A stretch of 64,000 nucleotides of DNA from Macrostomum lignano (lineage: Eukaryota): positions 1-64,000 of the forward strand of contig NIVC01002221.1 in NCBI GenBank assembly GCA_002269645.1, written 5' to 3'. This document shows, in pieces, positions 48,701 to 61,943 of the stretch. The notes below the pieces were generated by a model. It searched no databases and was not told where the DNA came from. It worked only from the letters and a program-made list of their open reading frames with translations. Positions within the stretch are counted from its first letter, which is position 1, and each line of letters begins with the position of its first letter. Made by a program: the position numbers and the translations under genes.

Positions 48701-51700
48701 TAGTTTCTTAAGCATTAGTTTCTTAGTCGTGAGTTTCTTAAGCATTAGCTTCTTAATCATTAGCGTCTTAATCATTAGCGTCTTAATCATTAGCTGCTTA
48801 ATCATTAGCTTCTTAAGCATTAGTTTCTTTATCATTAGTTTCCTAATCATTAGTTTCTTAAGCATTAGTTTCTTAGTAGTGAGTTTCTTAAGCATTAGCT
48901 TCTTAATCATTAGCGTCTTAATCATTAGCGTCTTAATCATTAGCTGCTTAATCATTAGCTTCTTAAGCATTAGTTTCTTTATCATTAGTTTCCTAATCAT
49001 TAGTTTCTTAATCATTAATTTCCCAATCATTGGTTTCTCAGTAATAAATTTCTCAAATCTCAATCATTAGTTTCTTAAGTTTTTGGGGTGCTCTCAAAAA
49101 CTAGAACTTTTCTAGTTTCATAAATTACGAAATTTTTTGTTAACTGTATGGCAATGAAGATAATACCAAGCTGAGAAAATTAAAAATAATAAGTCAAAGT
49201 AGTTGATAGATCGTGTCTGTAAACTTTGTCTGCTAAGTGCTAAACAACAGTCCGTACCATGCACACAGCTATAGCCAAGCCAATAACCTGAAATTGTTTT
49301 CACTCTCAAAGTCGCTCGCTGCAGGACAGACATCCAGTCTCCAAAGCCGGCCATTAGAATGACTTGAAAACTATTGTTATTGTCGCATTGATATATGCAT
49401 CGGATGTATCTATATCGTGCCGCTATCACTGCTCCCTGAATGTCACGCTGAAGTTAAAACTGAGAGAGCGGGGGCAACCGCTGCCGCCAAGTCTAACAGT
49501 CGAACTCTGCGACCACCGGGTAACGGCGGTACTTCATTCTTATCTTCGGACCGGCCGGCCTCCCTACTAGTTTAGGTTGCTACCCTCAACCCCCCCCCAC
49601 GTACCCAGCTCCTCCTTGAATCTCTTCCTCAGTTTCCGCAGCTTCTGTCTACCCACAGGCAGGGAGTCCACATAGCAGATTGGTACTGTTTAGCCTGTTG
49701 CACTGGCTGAGTCATCAATCAGGTTGGGAGGCCTGCTGCCCACAGTAACCCTAAAATTTAGCGTTACAGTCTGGGGAAGGCCTGTTTACACTAGCGTTAA
49801 GCGAAACTGGGGTCGCCTTTCTTTTCTACAGAAGATATATGCCGCACCGCCGCTCCACTGGGCCATTGGGACAGCTAGGACCCAGTGCGTTCAAGCAGTC
49901 TGGCTTGCTGCTCTGCTCTTACGGTGCCCCCCCCCCCTGTCTTTGTCAGCTCCAATGCTCCATCAAGTTTATATTTAGATAGCAGTCCCCATACGCATAC
50001 TCCAATATTTACGTCGAAAAAAGGGAAGAATTACTGACTATTACAATAAAAGTACTAAAAGACCTAATAACTGCATGGCTGCAACTATACTTGTCTGACC
50101 GTCTGTGTATATCTGTCTGTCTGGCTTGCAGTGACTGTCTGTCCTTTCACCTGATCCCCCTATACTACTGCCAATTAGTATGAATATTTATACCTGTAGC
50201 CGAGAACGCCACCGCAAGATATTCATCCGTCTGTAACAGTCTTAAGCCACCAAGGACTGTCCATCAGTCATAACCAACTGTCTGCGTGCCAGTGCCACTA
50301 TACCTGGATACCTGTTCCTCCATTGCCGCTATACCTAGGAGTCACTAGGCCTCTCTGCCCTCTTGTGTCTACTTTAGAATTTTCTGAAAATAACTTCCCT
50401 TCCTTTATCTATCTCTTTTTTACCACCTTCTAATGGAAAGACAGACAGTTAGATTGAGCGAGATCAAGTCGAGGGCGAGGTGTTTACACTAAAGCAATAT
50501 GCCGGGTGTCAGTCAATGGGGGGGGGAGGGGGGTTGTCCCGCAGTTCCGAAAATGCAGGGCCTATATACAGTAGATGGACACGCGGGGCTCTGTTTGCGG
50601 TTTTAAGAATCAAGGTTCCGCCCCTAAATAATGCTGGATTAAGCGCGATTCGCTTAATTACTCTTGCCTTTTAGTGTGCAGGGCACACGCGCATTTCTGC
50701 TTTTGGGCCAAATATGTATAAAAATGCCACAAACCATGGCTTTGATTCGGCGCCAACCTCCCCCCTCCGTTTTCTTATCGAACGCACCCAGATAATTTCT
50801 CCCTAGATTTCTCCCTCTGCAGCCGGGGGGTGGGGTTACGGTCGAAGCGGAATTATTAGAACAGGATATGGTGGAATGTCTTAATGAGTGTGAGTGAAGA
50901 GAGCGATGGGATTTAGAGGGCTGCGCGAGATATTTTCGCCCGTGTGTGGCCTAAAAAGGCCTTACCTTTTGCAAGGTGTCAGATGCCAAACTCTTCCCCA
51001 TTTTTACTTAGCAATATGCAGATTTTCTCTATTCATCCCAATCGCCTAGAACAGCAATTGCCGGTGCAGACAGTGCTGTAAAACAATCACTTTCCCAACT
51101 ATCCTGCTGCTGGGAAAACATCTTCTTTAACCAACAGCTACAAGCAGTAGTAATCATCTGATTTACATCAAGTCCCTCAGTGTCATGAAGATACTTTCAA
51201 GTCAGAATTTAGCTCAGTGCGATTAGTTTACACATCAAATTGTTATCCTACCTGGCACTTGAGGCAGCTATTTTCATAGACACCGCCTCTCAGATATCTG
51301 GATTGAATATTGCTGACAAAGTTGCCTTTAAATGTCTTGGCCGTCACGCGTCTCTGGCGCTTTTTTGGCCAGAATGCGACCCAGCTGCACTTGGACAGAG
51401 CGGGCAGGCCGTAGCTGTTGAAGTTTCCTGGAAATCAGTTGGTTTCGAGCTGCAACACTGCATGACTGATGTGTCTGAGTAAACTATAAATCGATTGGTG
51501 TCGTCCTTGGAGGTTTCTGGGTAATCCCAGTGCAACTTGAGCAATCACCCGACGTTTGTTAATTTCATAGACACAAAAGGAAAACTCACCAGTGACCAGG
51601 TAGCTCTGCTGAATCCTTAGCCGCGTGGTGATCATGGACGCGTTCGGCTGTTTAATGTCGCCCAAGCCGCAGACGTCAGTGTTGCCATAGAATAGAAATC

Positions 51701-54700
51701 GAACCAAGCGTCCTTTTTGAAGAGATAGTCGCTAAAATTGAGATTTTGAGAACATTCAGACGAGTACGCTAATGAACACGCTAGTAGATAAATGCTTGTA
51801 CGAATGTTACGCTGCTCTTACCTGTAGCGTGTTGCGAAACACCGACTTGATTAGGACCTGGTAAAGGATTCCACTTTCGCTGCCGTCGTTTGACTGCCAC
51901 CAACCGACGCTGCGTCGAATTTTCACCTTGAGCGCTGAAAGAGTTGGGCAATGGAATTTCGGGGCCAACTATAATTGTGTAGCCACACGCAACATTATGG
52001 TTTGGCATCTCGCTGGGCGCGAGAAAGCTTCTGCTCACCGAACTGGCTGGCGCAGAAGGCCTGCTGCGGGTGGTGCGGGTTGTGCGGCCGGCACAGGCAA
52101 CCCGGCCGACCGAAGCTGGAGAACTTGGCCGCCGCTGATAAAGCTGCGGTGGCTGACGAAGCTGACTGCGGCATCGCAGTTGCAGTGGACAGAGCCGCTG
52201 CTGAGAACAGGGCCAGACAGCAGCAGATGCAGCTGAATAGAAGCTGCTGGTGGCCTTGAATTCTACTATTGCTTCGATTGTTGTCGCTCCTAGAAGCGGA
52301 GTTATGCACTGCTACTTGCTTTGATTCAGACAAAAGCAGATGCGGCTGCTGCGGCTGCTCCATCGCTCGTGGCAAGCAACATCGTCGCCGGTAACAATTA
52401 CGGAGTCCGCCGCAAAGGCCGCTGCTGCCGCCGCCGCCGCCGCCGCCGCTGCCGCAGCAGCTGACAAAGTGGCGGCAGCGTCCGGTCAATGCTGACTGCG
52501 CCGCGACGCCTGCCAGGGAGGGCGCTTAATCGAATATTGTTGGGTTGCGGGGCGGGCGTTGGCTCAGGTGAGTCGCGAGAATCCCGGCCTTAGGGAAGCC
52601 TGTTGAAGGCTCCAAAGTGAAACAATTGAAGAGTATGAGATGCCAGCTGCGCGGAGGCTGGAGCAAGGCGAGCTCGGATGCAGTGAGAAAGAGATCAGTC
52701 CGAATGCGGAGAATGGCGGCGATTTCAACTGAGGGGAATAAAGGAGAAATGGGGAAGAGAGAGAGAAAGGCCTCCCAAAGCGTGCTGGGGTTCTTGTTTA
52801 CCAGAACGGGCGGTTGGGGAGGAGAGGGGTGGGAAAGCCCCAACCCCCAGTGTCCAGTCCCCAACTCCCAGTTCCCAGTTCCCAGTTCCCAGTCAAGCGA
52901 TTCGCGCAACGGCAACCAAGCCAGCCAACCTCTTGGCCAGCACCTCCCATACCCATATAATCCTCCTGGCCGCCTCCCCCTATCCAACTGTCTCTGTTTA
53001 TGGCGCTCTCTGGCAGCAACTGGCACCATAGATAGAAAAGCTGCACTTTCCTTGATTGGCTCCTAGGCCCTTTACAACCAATATTGTATTCAATTTTGCG
53101 TTTGAGGCTGTTTTTTTTATTCAACTGGTCTCAAAATTCAATATTGCTTTGGTTGTACGGACACTGAAACTGGTTGGCAATGCGCCAGCTGGGTGTGAGT
53201 GGGTGCTCAGGCGGAGGGGGCAGAATAAAAATCGATATGAAAAGGGGATAGAATTGAAGAAATACCCCACCCCAACAACCCCGCGCCCTCTCACTGTGCG
53301 GTGACAAAGCTGTTTTTAATGCCGGTCCCCTGTCTGCCCGTTCTTTGACGGGGTCAAGAGCGGCCGCATGCGTGCAGTCATCCAGGGACCTCTTTTATAT
53401 TGCACCTAGATTGGAAAGCCCCTATGCTATTGTAAACCTTATGATGCCGTTGACACCACATGTTCTAAAATTAGTTAATGAACTGGCTTTTCCTTTACCG
53501 GTAAATAATTAATTTGTTTATTCAATGTCCTATTGGCTTACGAAAAAACGAGGACTGAGACTGAATAAGTAGATCGGTGACTCATTGATTTTATGAATCT
53601 ATTTTATCCTTCGCTGCTACACACTTTTCAGACACAATCCATAAGCTCCAAAAGAAAGATATGTACTTAAGATAAAAAATAAACATAGAATATTAATTTT
53701 CTAAACGAAAAGCTTTATGAATATCAATAGAGCTATAAGAAAGGCAAGTCATATCAAACGATCAACACAGGGTCTGCCTCCAATAAAAAAAAACGAATTT
53801 TGTGCTGAAAATGAAAACTACGTCTCTTAGAAAATGTTTTTGAGGCTGGTTTTCACTACGGAGATAGGAAGTTTTCTTTTTCAGCACAAAAATTGTTATT
53901 GCTTTCAATAAGAGGCAGAGGCATCATTTTATATATTGTGCCTTTCTTATTGTTCTATCGATATTCATAAAGCTTCTCGTTCTGAAAGTTAAGATTCTAT
54001 GTTAATTTTGTATTCTACTTACAGTGGTACATGTCCTGTGCTTAAAAACCATTAAAATTCACGGCTTGGATCTTTGGTTTTATGAATCTATAATGACTTT
54101 TGTGCTGAATGAATGAAAAGTCTCCCATCTCCTAAGTGTACTATTAGCGAAAACCAGCCTCATAAACATTTTCCAAGAAATATAGTTCCCTCCTCCTACT
54201 TGAGTAGTCTTTGATTCATGCACATAAGAACTGCCTTGCTAAGAATTAAATTAACAATAACGCGACTCATAAAAATTGCTTGATAATTGTTTCCAGAACA
54301 TGTCTCACGACACCTACCCTCTGGTGATGAAGATCGGCCACGCTCATGGCGGCCTTGGCAAGGTAAGGCGCATCAATCACCTATACCCGTAGTCCAAATC
54401 TCGTAATCACATTTGGTCACACTGCTTTGGTCACAATGCTGACTCTCTCCCGGTGTGTTTTTTCTGAATGATCTACTCAGTTTTTTGAGACAAATTTCTT
54501 CTTGTTCAAGTCGCATTTTGGGTAAAGCGTGCTTCATTTTATACGACTGCTCTATCCTAAACTTAAATACTAAGATTTTTCTGATAACATTTATATCTAG
54601 CTTGCTAGTCTACTGAAAGTAGTCAGAAAAGAATCCGGAAAGTCTATCGTTCCAACTATAAAATTTACTTTTATAGATTCGCCTCGCCAGACCAGACGAA

Positions 54701-57700
54701 TTGCAGGATCTGTCGGGGGTGGTGGCCGTGGCAAATACTTACGCCACCACCGAGACTTTGGTGGACTCAAAATTCGACATTCACATACAGAAGATTGGAA
54801 ATAATTACAAAGCCTTCCTGTGAGTTGCTGAACTGGGAACTGGGGGACTGGGGAACTGGGGAACTGGGAACTGAGGGACTGGGAACTGGGGGACTGGGAA
54901 CTGAGGGACTGGGAACTGGGGGACTGGGGAACTGGGGAACTGGGAACTGGGGAACTGGGGAACTGGGGAACTGGGGAACTGGTAACTGGGAGACTGGGGG
55001 ACTGGGGAACTGGTGACTGGGGAACTGGGGAACTGGGAACTGGGGAACTGGGAACTGAGGGACTGGGAACTGGGGAACTGGGGAACTGGGGAACTGGGGA
55101 ACTGGGGAACTGGGGGACTGGGGAACTGGGGAACTGGGGAACTGGTAACTGGGAGACTGGGGGACTGGGGAACTGGGGACTGGGGAACTGGGGAACTGGG
55201 AACTGGGGAACTGGGAACTGAGGGACTGGGAACTGGGGGACTGGGAACTGAGGGACTGGGAACTGGGGGACTGGGGAACTGGGGAACTGGGGAACTAGGG
55301 GACTGGGAACTGGGGGACTGGGGAACTGGGGAACTGGGGGACTGGGAACTGGGGGACTGGGAACTGAGGGACTGGGAACTGGGGAACTGGGAACTGAGGG
55401 ACTGGGAACTGGGGACTGGGGAACTGGGGAACTGGGGAACTAGGGGACTGGGAACTGGGGAACTGGGGAACTGGGGAACTGGGGGACTGGGGAACTGGGG
55501 AACTGGGGAACTAGGGGACTGGGAACTGGGGGACTGGGGAACTGGGGAACTGGGGGACTGGGAACTGGGGGACTGGGAACTGAGGGACTGGGAACTGGGG
55601 ACTGGGGAACTGGGGAACTGGGGAACTGGGGAACTGGGGGACTGGGGAACTGGAGAACTGAGGGACTGGGAACTGGGGGACTGGGGAACTGGGGAACTGA
55701 GGGACTGGGAACTGGGGGACTGGGGAACTGGGGAACTGGGGGACTGGGGAACTGGGGAACTGAGGGACTGGGAACTGGGGGACTGGGGAACTGGGGAACT
55801 GAGGGACTGGGAACTGGGGAACTGAGGGACTGGGAACTGGGGGACTGGGGAACTGGGGAACTGGGAACTGGGAGACTTTGGTGCCAATCTGAATGATGGA
55901 CTGCGATTTCAAAGATAGCAGGATGCACCTACAGCTGAACTGAAGCTTTTACTCACTTTTCATTTTTTCTGTTAACTCAGGCGCAGAAGTATCTCGGGCG
56001 GCTGGAAAGCCAATGTGAGCTCCTCGATGCTTGAGCAGCTTCCAATGACTGACAGGTGAATGATCAAATGATAAAATACGTTTCAAAATGCTAAAACATG
56101 CAGCAGTTTGTTATAATGAAGCTTGAATTTTTCTACCAGATTTCGTTCTTGGATTGACGAGGTTGCTCAACTGTTTGGCGGCATGGACATCTGCTCTGTG
56201 GAGGCCGTGCAAAACAAGGAGGGCGCCGTGTTGATTGTTGAAGTGAGCTTACTGGGATGCCTTCCCAGACTTGAACTTCACGTTTCCCTACTGGATTCCA
56301 ATCTACCCAACTCGATTCCAGCCTACCCAACTCGATTCCAATCTACCCAACTCGATTCCAATCTACCCAACTCGATTCCAGCCTACCCAACTCGATTCCA
56401 ATCTACCCAACTCGATTCCAGCCTACCAAACTCGATTCCAATCTACCCAACTCGATTCCAGCCTACTCAACTCGATTCCAATCTACCCAACTCGATTCCA
56501 GCCTACCAAACTCGATTCCAGCCTACCCAACTCGATTCCAGCCTACTCAACTCGATTCCAATCTACCCAACTCGATTTTAATCTACCCAACTCGATTCCA
56601 ATCTACTCAACTCGATTCCAATCTACCCAACTCGATTCCAATCTACCCAAATCGATTCCAATCTACCCAACTCGATTCCAATCTACTCAACTCGATTCCA
56701 ATCTACTCAACTCGATTCCAGCCTACCCAACTCGATTCCAATCTACCCAACTCGATTCCAATCTACTCAACTCGATTCCAATCTACTCAACTCGATTCCA
56801 GCCTACCCAACTCGATTCCAATCTACTCAACTCGATTCCAGCCTACTCAACTCGATTCCAATCTACTCAACTCGATTCCAATCTACCCAACTCGATTCCA
56901 GCCTACCCAACTCGATTCCAATCTACTCAACTCGATTCCAATCTACTCAACTCGATTCCAATCTACTCAACTCGATTCCAATCTACACAACTCGATTCCA
57001 ATCTACCCAACTTGATTCCAATCTACCCAACTCGATTCCAATCTACCCAACTCGATTTTAATCTACCCAACTCGATTCCAATCTACTCAAATCGATTCCA
57101 ATCTACCCAACTCGATTCCAGCCTACCCAACTCGATTCCAATCTACCCAACCAATTCCAACCGAGAGAATGTCTTGCTAGTATCTCCAGAAAATTACCTC
57201 TTTCACCCGAAACGAACCCGAAAATCACCAGGCCAACGGGTCGGACGCGCCGCTGCTCGGCGACTCGCAGGAGGAGGACCGGCGGCTCATCTCCGAGCTG
57301 GTGCTGGGCCGGATGCATCACGCCTGCTCAGCGGCCGCTGCCCGACTCAGCCGGGCGGGCAGCCTCGGCCAGGGAATCAACCGCTATTCTGCCACCCCCA
57401 ACGGACCGACTCAGCCGCAGCCTCCGCCACCGCCGATGCCGCAGCAGCAGCAGCAGCAACAGGCCGCGGCGGCGGGAGCAGCGGCGGCTTCGATGATAAA
57501 GCAGCCGATGCCCCCGCCGCAGTCGGCGCCATCAGTCGGAGCTGCCGCCTCCGCTGGACCTCCGCCGCCATCGTCTGGACCGCCGCCGCCGCGGTCTGGC
57601 GGGCCGCCGCCTCCGCCTCCGCCGCAGCAGCCGCCTGGAGGCGGCCCCCCGGGGGGAGCGGCCAGACCGCCGCCGCCGCCGCGCCAGACGTCGCTGCCTC

Positions 57701-57798
57701 GGGGCCCGGGCGGCGGCCCCGGCGGAGGCGGCGAGGAAGGCGAGGACACGATGAAGAACCTGCGCAAAACATTTGCAGGAATTTTTGGGGACATGTGA
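39708..57798 (+). CDS. Syn: Synapsin, 11 coding exons: 39708-40231, 40585-40642, 41097-41188, 41706-41856, 43877-43966, 54297-54362, 54677-54819, 55981-56055, 56140-56242, 57232-57798
   Basis: Domain A MFGYFKRRFSSGD; domain C pieces LLVIDEPHTDWSKYFR, DIRVEQ, FRPDFALVRQ, FPLVEQAFYP, YPLVMKIGHAHGGLGK, KFDIHIQKIGNNYKAF, SISGGWKANV, LFGGMDICSVEA, PLLGDSQEEDRRLI; C-terminal domain E-like EDTMKNLRKTFAGIFGDM. All listed junctions are GT-AG and phase-compatible. Note the coordinates resolve 10 coding segments; the count of 11 in the call should be read as 10 located exons. Confidence 0.96.
42055..43610 (-). repeat. Second array of the ~18-bp TCTGGGGGATGCTTGCTA satellite, opposite orientation, inside synapsin intron 4
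   Basis: Units read CCCAGATAGCAAGCATCC on the + strand; a ~415-bp higher-order duplication is visible (42241 vs 42655). Confidence 0.97.
47901..52363 (-). CDS. Timp: TIMP (tissue inhibitor of metalloproteinases), 5 exons nested antisense in synapsin intron 5: 52363-52039, 51934-51822, 51731-51590, 51427-51252, 48131-47901
   Basis: CLC...HPQQAFC signature, LKVKI...ILYQVLIKSVF, DVCG...YLVTG, LSKCSWVAFW, YENSCLKC, and C-terminal C..ACYPRYAYC...RCEW...YTKC. All introns are GT-AG and phase-compatible. Confidence 0.92.
48198..49078 (+). repeat. 15-bp minisatellite (TTCTTAATCATCAGT)n in the last TIMP intron
   Basis: Direct reading; it gives a spurious (KKLMI)n ORF. Confidence 0.96.
53710..53975. 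mobile_element. MITE-like fold-back element
   Basis: AAGCTTTATGAATATCAATAGAGCTATAAGAAAGGCA (53710-) is inversely matched by GCCTTTCTTATTGTTCTATCGATATTCATAAAGCTT (-53975). Inner inverted blocks CTGCCTC..TTTTGTGCTGAAAA / TTTTCAGCACAAAA..GAGGCAG are also present. Confidence 0.5.
54832..55875 (+). repeat. G-rich 7-8-bp satellite (GGGGAACT/GGGGACT)n in a synapsin intron
   Basis: Direct reading; a short reverse copy lies at ~52850-52895. Confidence 0.96.
56290..57150 (+). repeat. 20-bp minisatellite (TACCCAACTCGATTCCAATC)n in the last synapsin intron
   Basis: Direct reading, 20-bp period. Confidence 0.96.
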
Positions 57799-59539
57799 GA
57801 CTGAGCTCGGTCTGGCGACCTGCGGCTGTTTTGGCCGGAATCTGCGGTACTGGATGAACTTTAATTGGCATTAGAAGTTTTGTCTTGCTGAGCATGCTGA
57901 TGAAGATGTGCCCAAAAGACAGGTTAGAACGGGCAGGCAGTTTGACTGAAACCGAAGATCGCCCACTCGCATAATATTGTTTATATTTATCTTACTGTTT
58001 TTATTCAATGGCTATTTTTTGTTAGAATTTTAGTATCAATTTGAGTTGTAACCAACTTTTCTTCGCCGTGCCCAGCATAATAATAATTTTAGAATGATTA
58101 TATTAATTATTGTATACTTGTTTACAGTCTGATTTGTTCGAAAATAATAATCACAATTCTATAGCACCAGATTCTTAAATAGGCCTGGCACATGTACTTT
58201 TTCTTGCTTAGAGGGAACGGTTCTAAAAGGATTAAGGCGGCACAGTTGACCCACTGACCCGTGACTGGACCCCTGAGCACACACAGGTACGCACTTAACT
58301 AAACAGGGTATGTGTTCAGCTGCACCTGACTTTCTAATCATCGAAAATTCTGGGTGATCCTTGACTGTAATTCATGCACAGCCACTCTTGGCTTAGTAAT
58401 ATCTGACCCATAATAATTAATAAAGTGCATAAATTTGTCAGTAAAACACTGGCTCACCATATTATATTCCTATTTTCACCAACTGCTGGCAATCCAAGCC
58501 AAATGCAATTATTGATTTCTAATTGTAGCTATAGGCTTTTCTATTCAGCTGCGTTCAACGAATGTCTAAAAAGTGCACGTTGTACCTTTTTAAATCTGTT
58601 TACGCTCTGGTTTGAACAGCAATTTTTTTGAATTTATATATAATCGATTGTTTTTGCTTTGGTGGCATAATACGGCTCTGGTTGTTATGAATCCATGCAA
58701 GGACTACATGTATTCTTATACATTGTATGCACATTAAAAAACGTGTATTCATATTCATGTATTTATAAAATATTAATAATTTATATTTTATTATTTTATT
58801 TTATTATTTTATTTTATTTAATAATGTAATACTTGTAATTTATCAATATTTAGTTTATTGTACCAGTGGCCGTTAAGTCGTAGAAATTTGCAATATTTTT
58901 GTTCTCAATCAATCCAGCATAATTCGATAATCATAATGAAAACTTATGTTTGAGTCGTCTGGGAAGCGACAAATTTCGATAGCTCATAACTATTTGTAGT
59001 TTCTCATCTTGGTTTACAGCAGACATTTATATTTTTCCTTTGAACGTTTTAACAAAATATTTTGATGTTGTTAATCAATTGTGTATTTCTAAGAAATGCA
59101 ATAGCTATTAAAACAAACTTATGAAAAAGTTATATTTTGTTTTATCATTTTTAACGATAGTTTACTTTACCATTGCAAATGCGGTATGTCGCTGCGGCTT
59201 GGCGGTCGTGGAAAACTCGTTGGTGCATTTTTCTATTAGCTCCCATAAACCAAGCTGGACAAACACTCCGTACACTCCTATATATCTAATTAGCAGGATA
59301 TCGCTTAGCTTTAGAATCTTACTAAACCATTTCATGTCTTGCTCTGTAGCTAGTCTCTTAACGAATAACGATTTAAAAAATACATATTAATTTGCAATTG
59401 CGCTTAGTAAATATATATTATGCATTATACACAAATATTTATAGAGCCTTTTTCTTGCAAATTGTGAACTGCGAAATTGAAGAATGCTTTCAGACTATTG
59501 CTTATTTTACAGCGGGGGGTAATGCAGGTGCTAGTCCGA

Positions 59540-60140
59540 CCATGGTGTGTGCTTGCCTATGGTTGCTATGGTGTGTGGTTACCTATGGTTGCTATGGTGT
59601 GTGCTTGCCGATGGTTGCTATGGTGTGTGCTTGCCTATGGTTGCTATGGTGTGTGGTTACCTATGGTTGCTATGGTGTGTGCTTGCCGATGGTTGCTATG
59701 GTGTGTGCTTGCCTATGGTTGCTATGGTGTGTGGTTACCTATGGTTGCTATGGTGTGTGTTATAGTGGTTGCTATGGTGTGTGTTATAGTGGTTGCTATG
59801 GTGTGTGTTATAGTGGTTGCTATGGTGTGTGTTATAGTGGTTGCTATGGTGTGTGTTATAGTGGTTGCTATGGTGTGTGTTATAGTGGTTGCTATGGTGT
59901 GTGTTATAGTGGTTGCTATAGTGCTTGCTTATGGTTGCTATGGTGTGTGTTATAGTGGTTGCTATGGTGTGTGTTATAGTGGTTGCTATGGTGTGTGTTA
60001 TAGTGGTTGCTATAGTGTGTGCTTGCTTATGGTTGCTATAGTGTGTGTTATAGTGGTTGCTATGGTGTGTGTTATAGTGGTTGCTATAGTGTGTGCTTGC
60101 TTATGGTTGCTATAGTGTGTGTTATAGTGGTTGCTATAGC
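59540..60140 (+). repeat. 24-26-bp minisatellite with GGTTGCTATGGTGTGTG core
   Basis: Direct reading; two sub-types (..CTTGCCTAT and ..TTATAGT). Confidence 0.95.
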
Positions 60141-60299
60141 TTATTTTGGAAATCGGTGTTGTTAGCACTCATTTTGGCGCCGTAGGCACTCATTCGGCGC
60201 CAAAGGCGCTCTACTTCGGCGCCGTGAAGCAAAATGATTGATTTCCATACCAGGTTACAAGATGGGGCGGGGCGACAAAGCATTGGCATGTCTCGCCAT

Positions 60300-60852
60300 C
60301 CTTTTACAACCAGCTAAGCAGAACATCTTCATTCGCTGTGTGACTGGTCCAGCTCACTCTCAAGACACGCCTCAAAAACCACAAAACTCCATTGACTCGA
60401 TTCTTCTCTCCATTGCTGGCGACATTATCCAGCACTCCGGCCAATGTGCCAGAGGCGCTGTCCCTCAGCCCTCTCACCAGCTCCGGAAGCTCCTCTTGCG
60501 CCTCTCGCGCAGAGACATCCGGGCTGCCACCATGACCCTCTCTGGTCACGGCTGCTTCTCCAGGCACCAGTACCTGCAGGGCAACGCCACCAACGCCACC
60601 TGTAGTTTCTGCAACTCAGGTGACGAAACCGCTGAGCATTTCGTCAGCATCTGTCCCGCCTTCACGCGGGCCAGACTCACTTACCTCGGGCCACACACAT
60701 CTATTACTGAAGCGTGCAAACCCGAAAACTTTAATCAGCTCATGCGCTACCTTCGGGCCACCCGCAGGGCTGAACTCTCCTTTCCAGAGAGCACCATAGC
60801 TGCTGGCGACACTGGGGGACCTCCCTGGGCGGCGCCAACCCTCCGTCCATAG
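60300..60852 (+). mobile_element. 5'-truncated non-LTR retrotransposon fragment (ORF2 C-terminal CCHC zinc knuckle)
   Basis: TLSGHGCFSRHQY...TCSFCNSGDETAEHFVSICPAFTRAR matches the GH...C-x2-C-x8-H-x4-C tail of LINE ORF2; no RT core is present. Confidence 0.8.
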
Positions 60853-61943
60853 CGACGCGTCGGCCGTTCAGGGACTAGCGGAATGGGCGCCCGCGCCTTC
60901 CCGCTGTGTCCCCTCCGGGACAGCCCTGCAGCTAAGTCAAGTAAGTCAAGTCCGGCCAATGTGTGAGAACAGGGAGAACATTATAGCAGTCAAGAATTCC
61001 TAAATTCGTCTTCATGTTGACTTTACCAAATATGAAGTGACTGCTACTAAAACTTGAAATTAATGAGGCTAAGCTACATGTATCGCCCATAAGACAGTGT
61101 GAAGTCGGATCACAGTGTGTACAGTTTATTGATTTGTTGAAGCGCGGGAAGAAGTCACGCCATCTATAGACGAAAAATCTGAATTTTATTTCAAAGTATA
61201 GTAAGTACTCATAAGTGTTTGTCTGTCCATCCAGACCATGTATATGGGTTGATGGGGGTGTTTCTTTCGCTAAATAATGCTAAGTTTTGTTTGAACTATA
61301 AATAATCAGTTATTTGGCCGAAAGAAGCAAAAGCACAACAGCAAGCAACACAGAAGCAAAATCAACTACACGTAAATAATGAAAAAGAAAAAATGTACAC
61401 AAAAAAATTAAAAAGCGACAAATTTACAGACAATGAGTTTTGGAATTCTGACAAATTTTAAATTGGAATAGATTGGACAACATGCAACTAAGGCATGGAT
61501 AGATGCTACAAAACTCTTAAGGTCTTGCTTGAGTAGAAAATCCGTTGAACTTGTGTACTTTGACCCATGGTTGGGGATTTTTAAATCAATCTCACTAACT
61601 CTACGAGACTGCTTGAGATCGCGGAGTGACCTGCACATCTTCGGTTTATACAATTCTTGGAACAGAAATTCTTCAATAAGGCTAAATACGCTGTCTTCTT
61701 CTGAATAATCGAATCTTAGAAAATGGCTTACACATCAGGCGCATAATTTGCGTATAGTTGTTGTAGCACTGGAATATTTCGAATAGCGTCCGTGTGACGA
61801 ATGCTGAAGCATAGTGGCATAAGGCTGGTCTGTTCTGTAGTCAAGCTCTTAGATCCTATGTCCACTGTAACACCCGAGAGTACAGTAGAAGAAAATGACA
61901 CTTCTTACAAATTGAACTGAATTCAACGCTAGTGCAATACAAA

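Noticed and set aside
48158-49070. 301-aa (KKLMI)n ORF and its antisense ORF
   Set aside because: Product of the 15-bp satellite in a TIMP intron.
54805-55928. Pro/Ser-rich and Gly/Trp-rich ORFs of 130-360 aa
   Set aside because: Translations of the GGGGAACT satellite inside a synapsin intron bounded by clear splice sites.
56271-57857. 528-aa ORF as a single protein
   Set aside because: It is the 20-bp satellite read through into an alternative frame of the last synapsin exon.
59392-60115. Cys/Gly/Tyr-rich keratin-associated-like ORFs
   Set aside because: Derived from the 24-26-bp satellite; open in all three frames.
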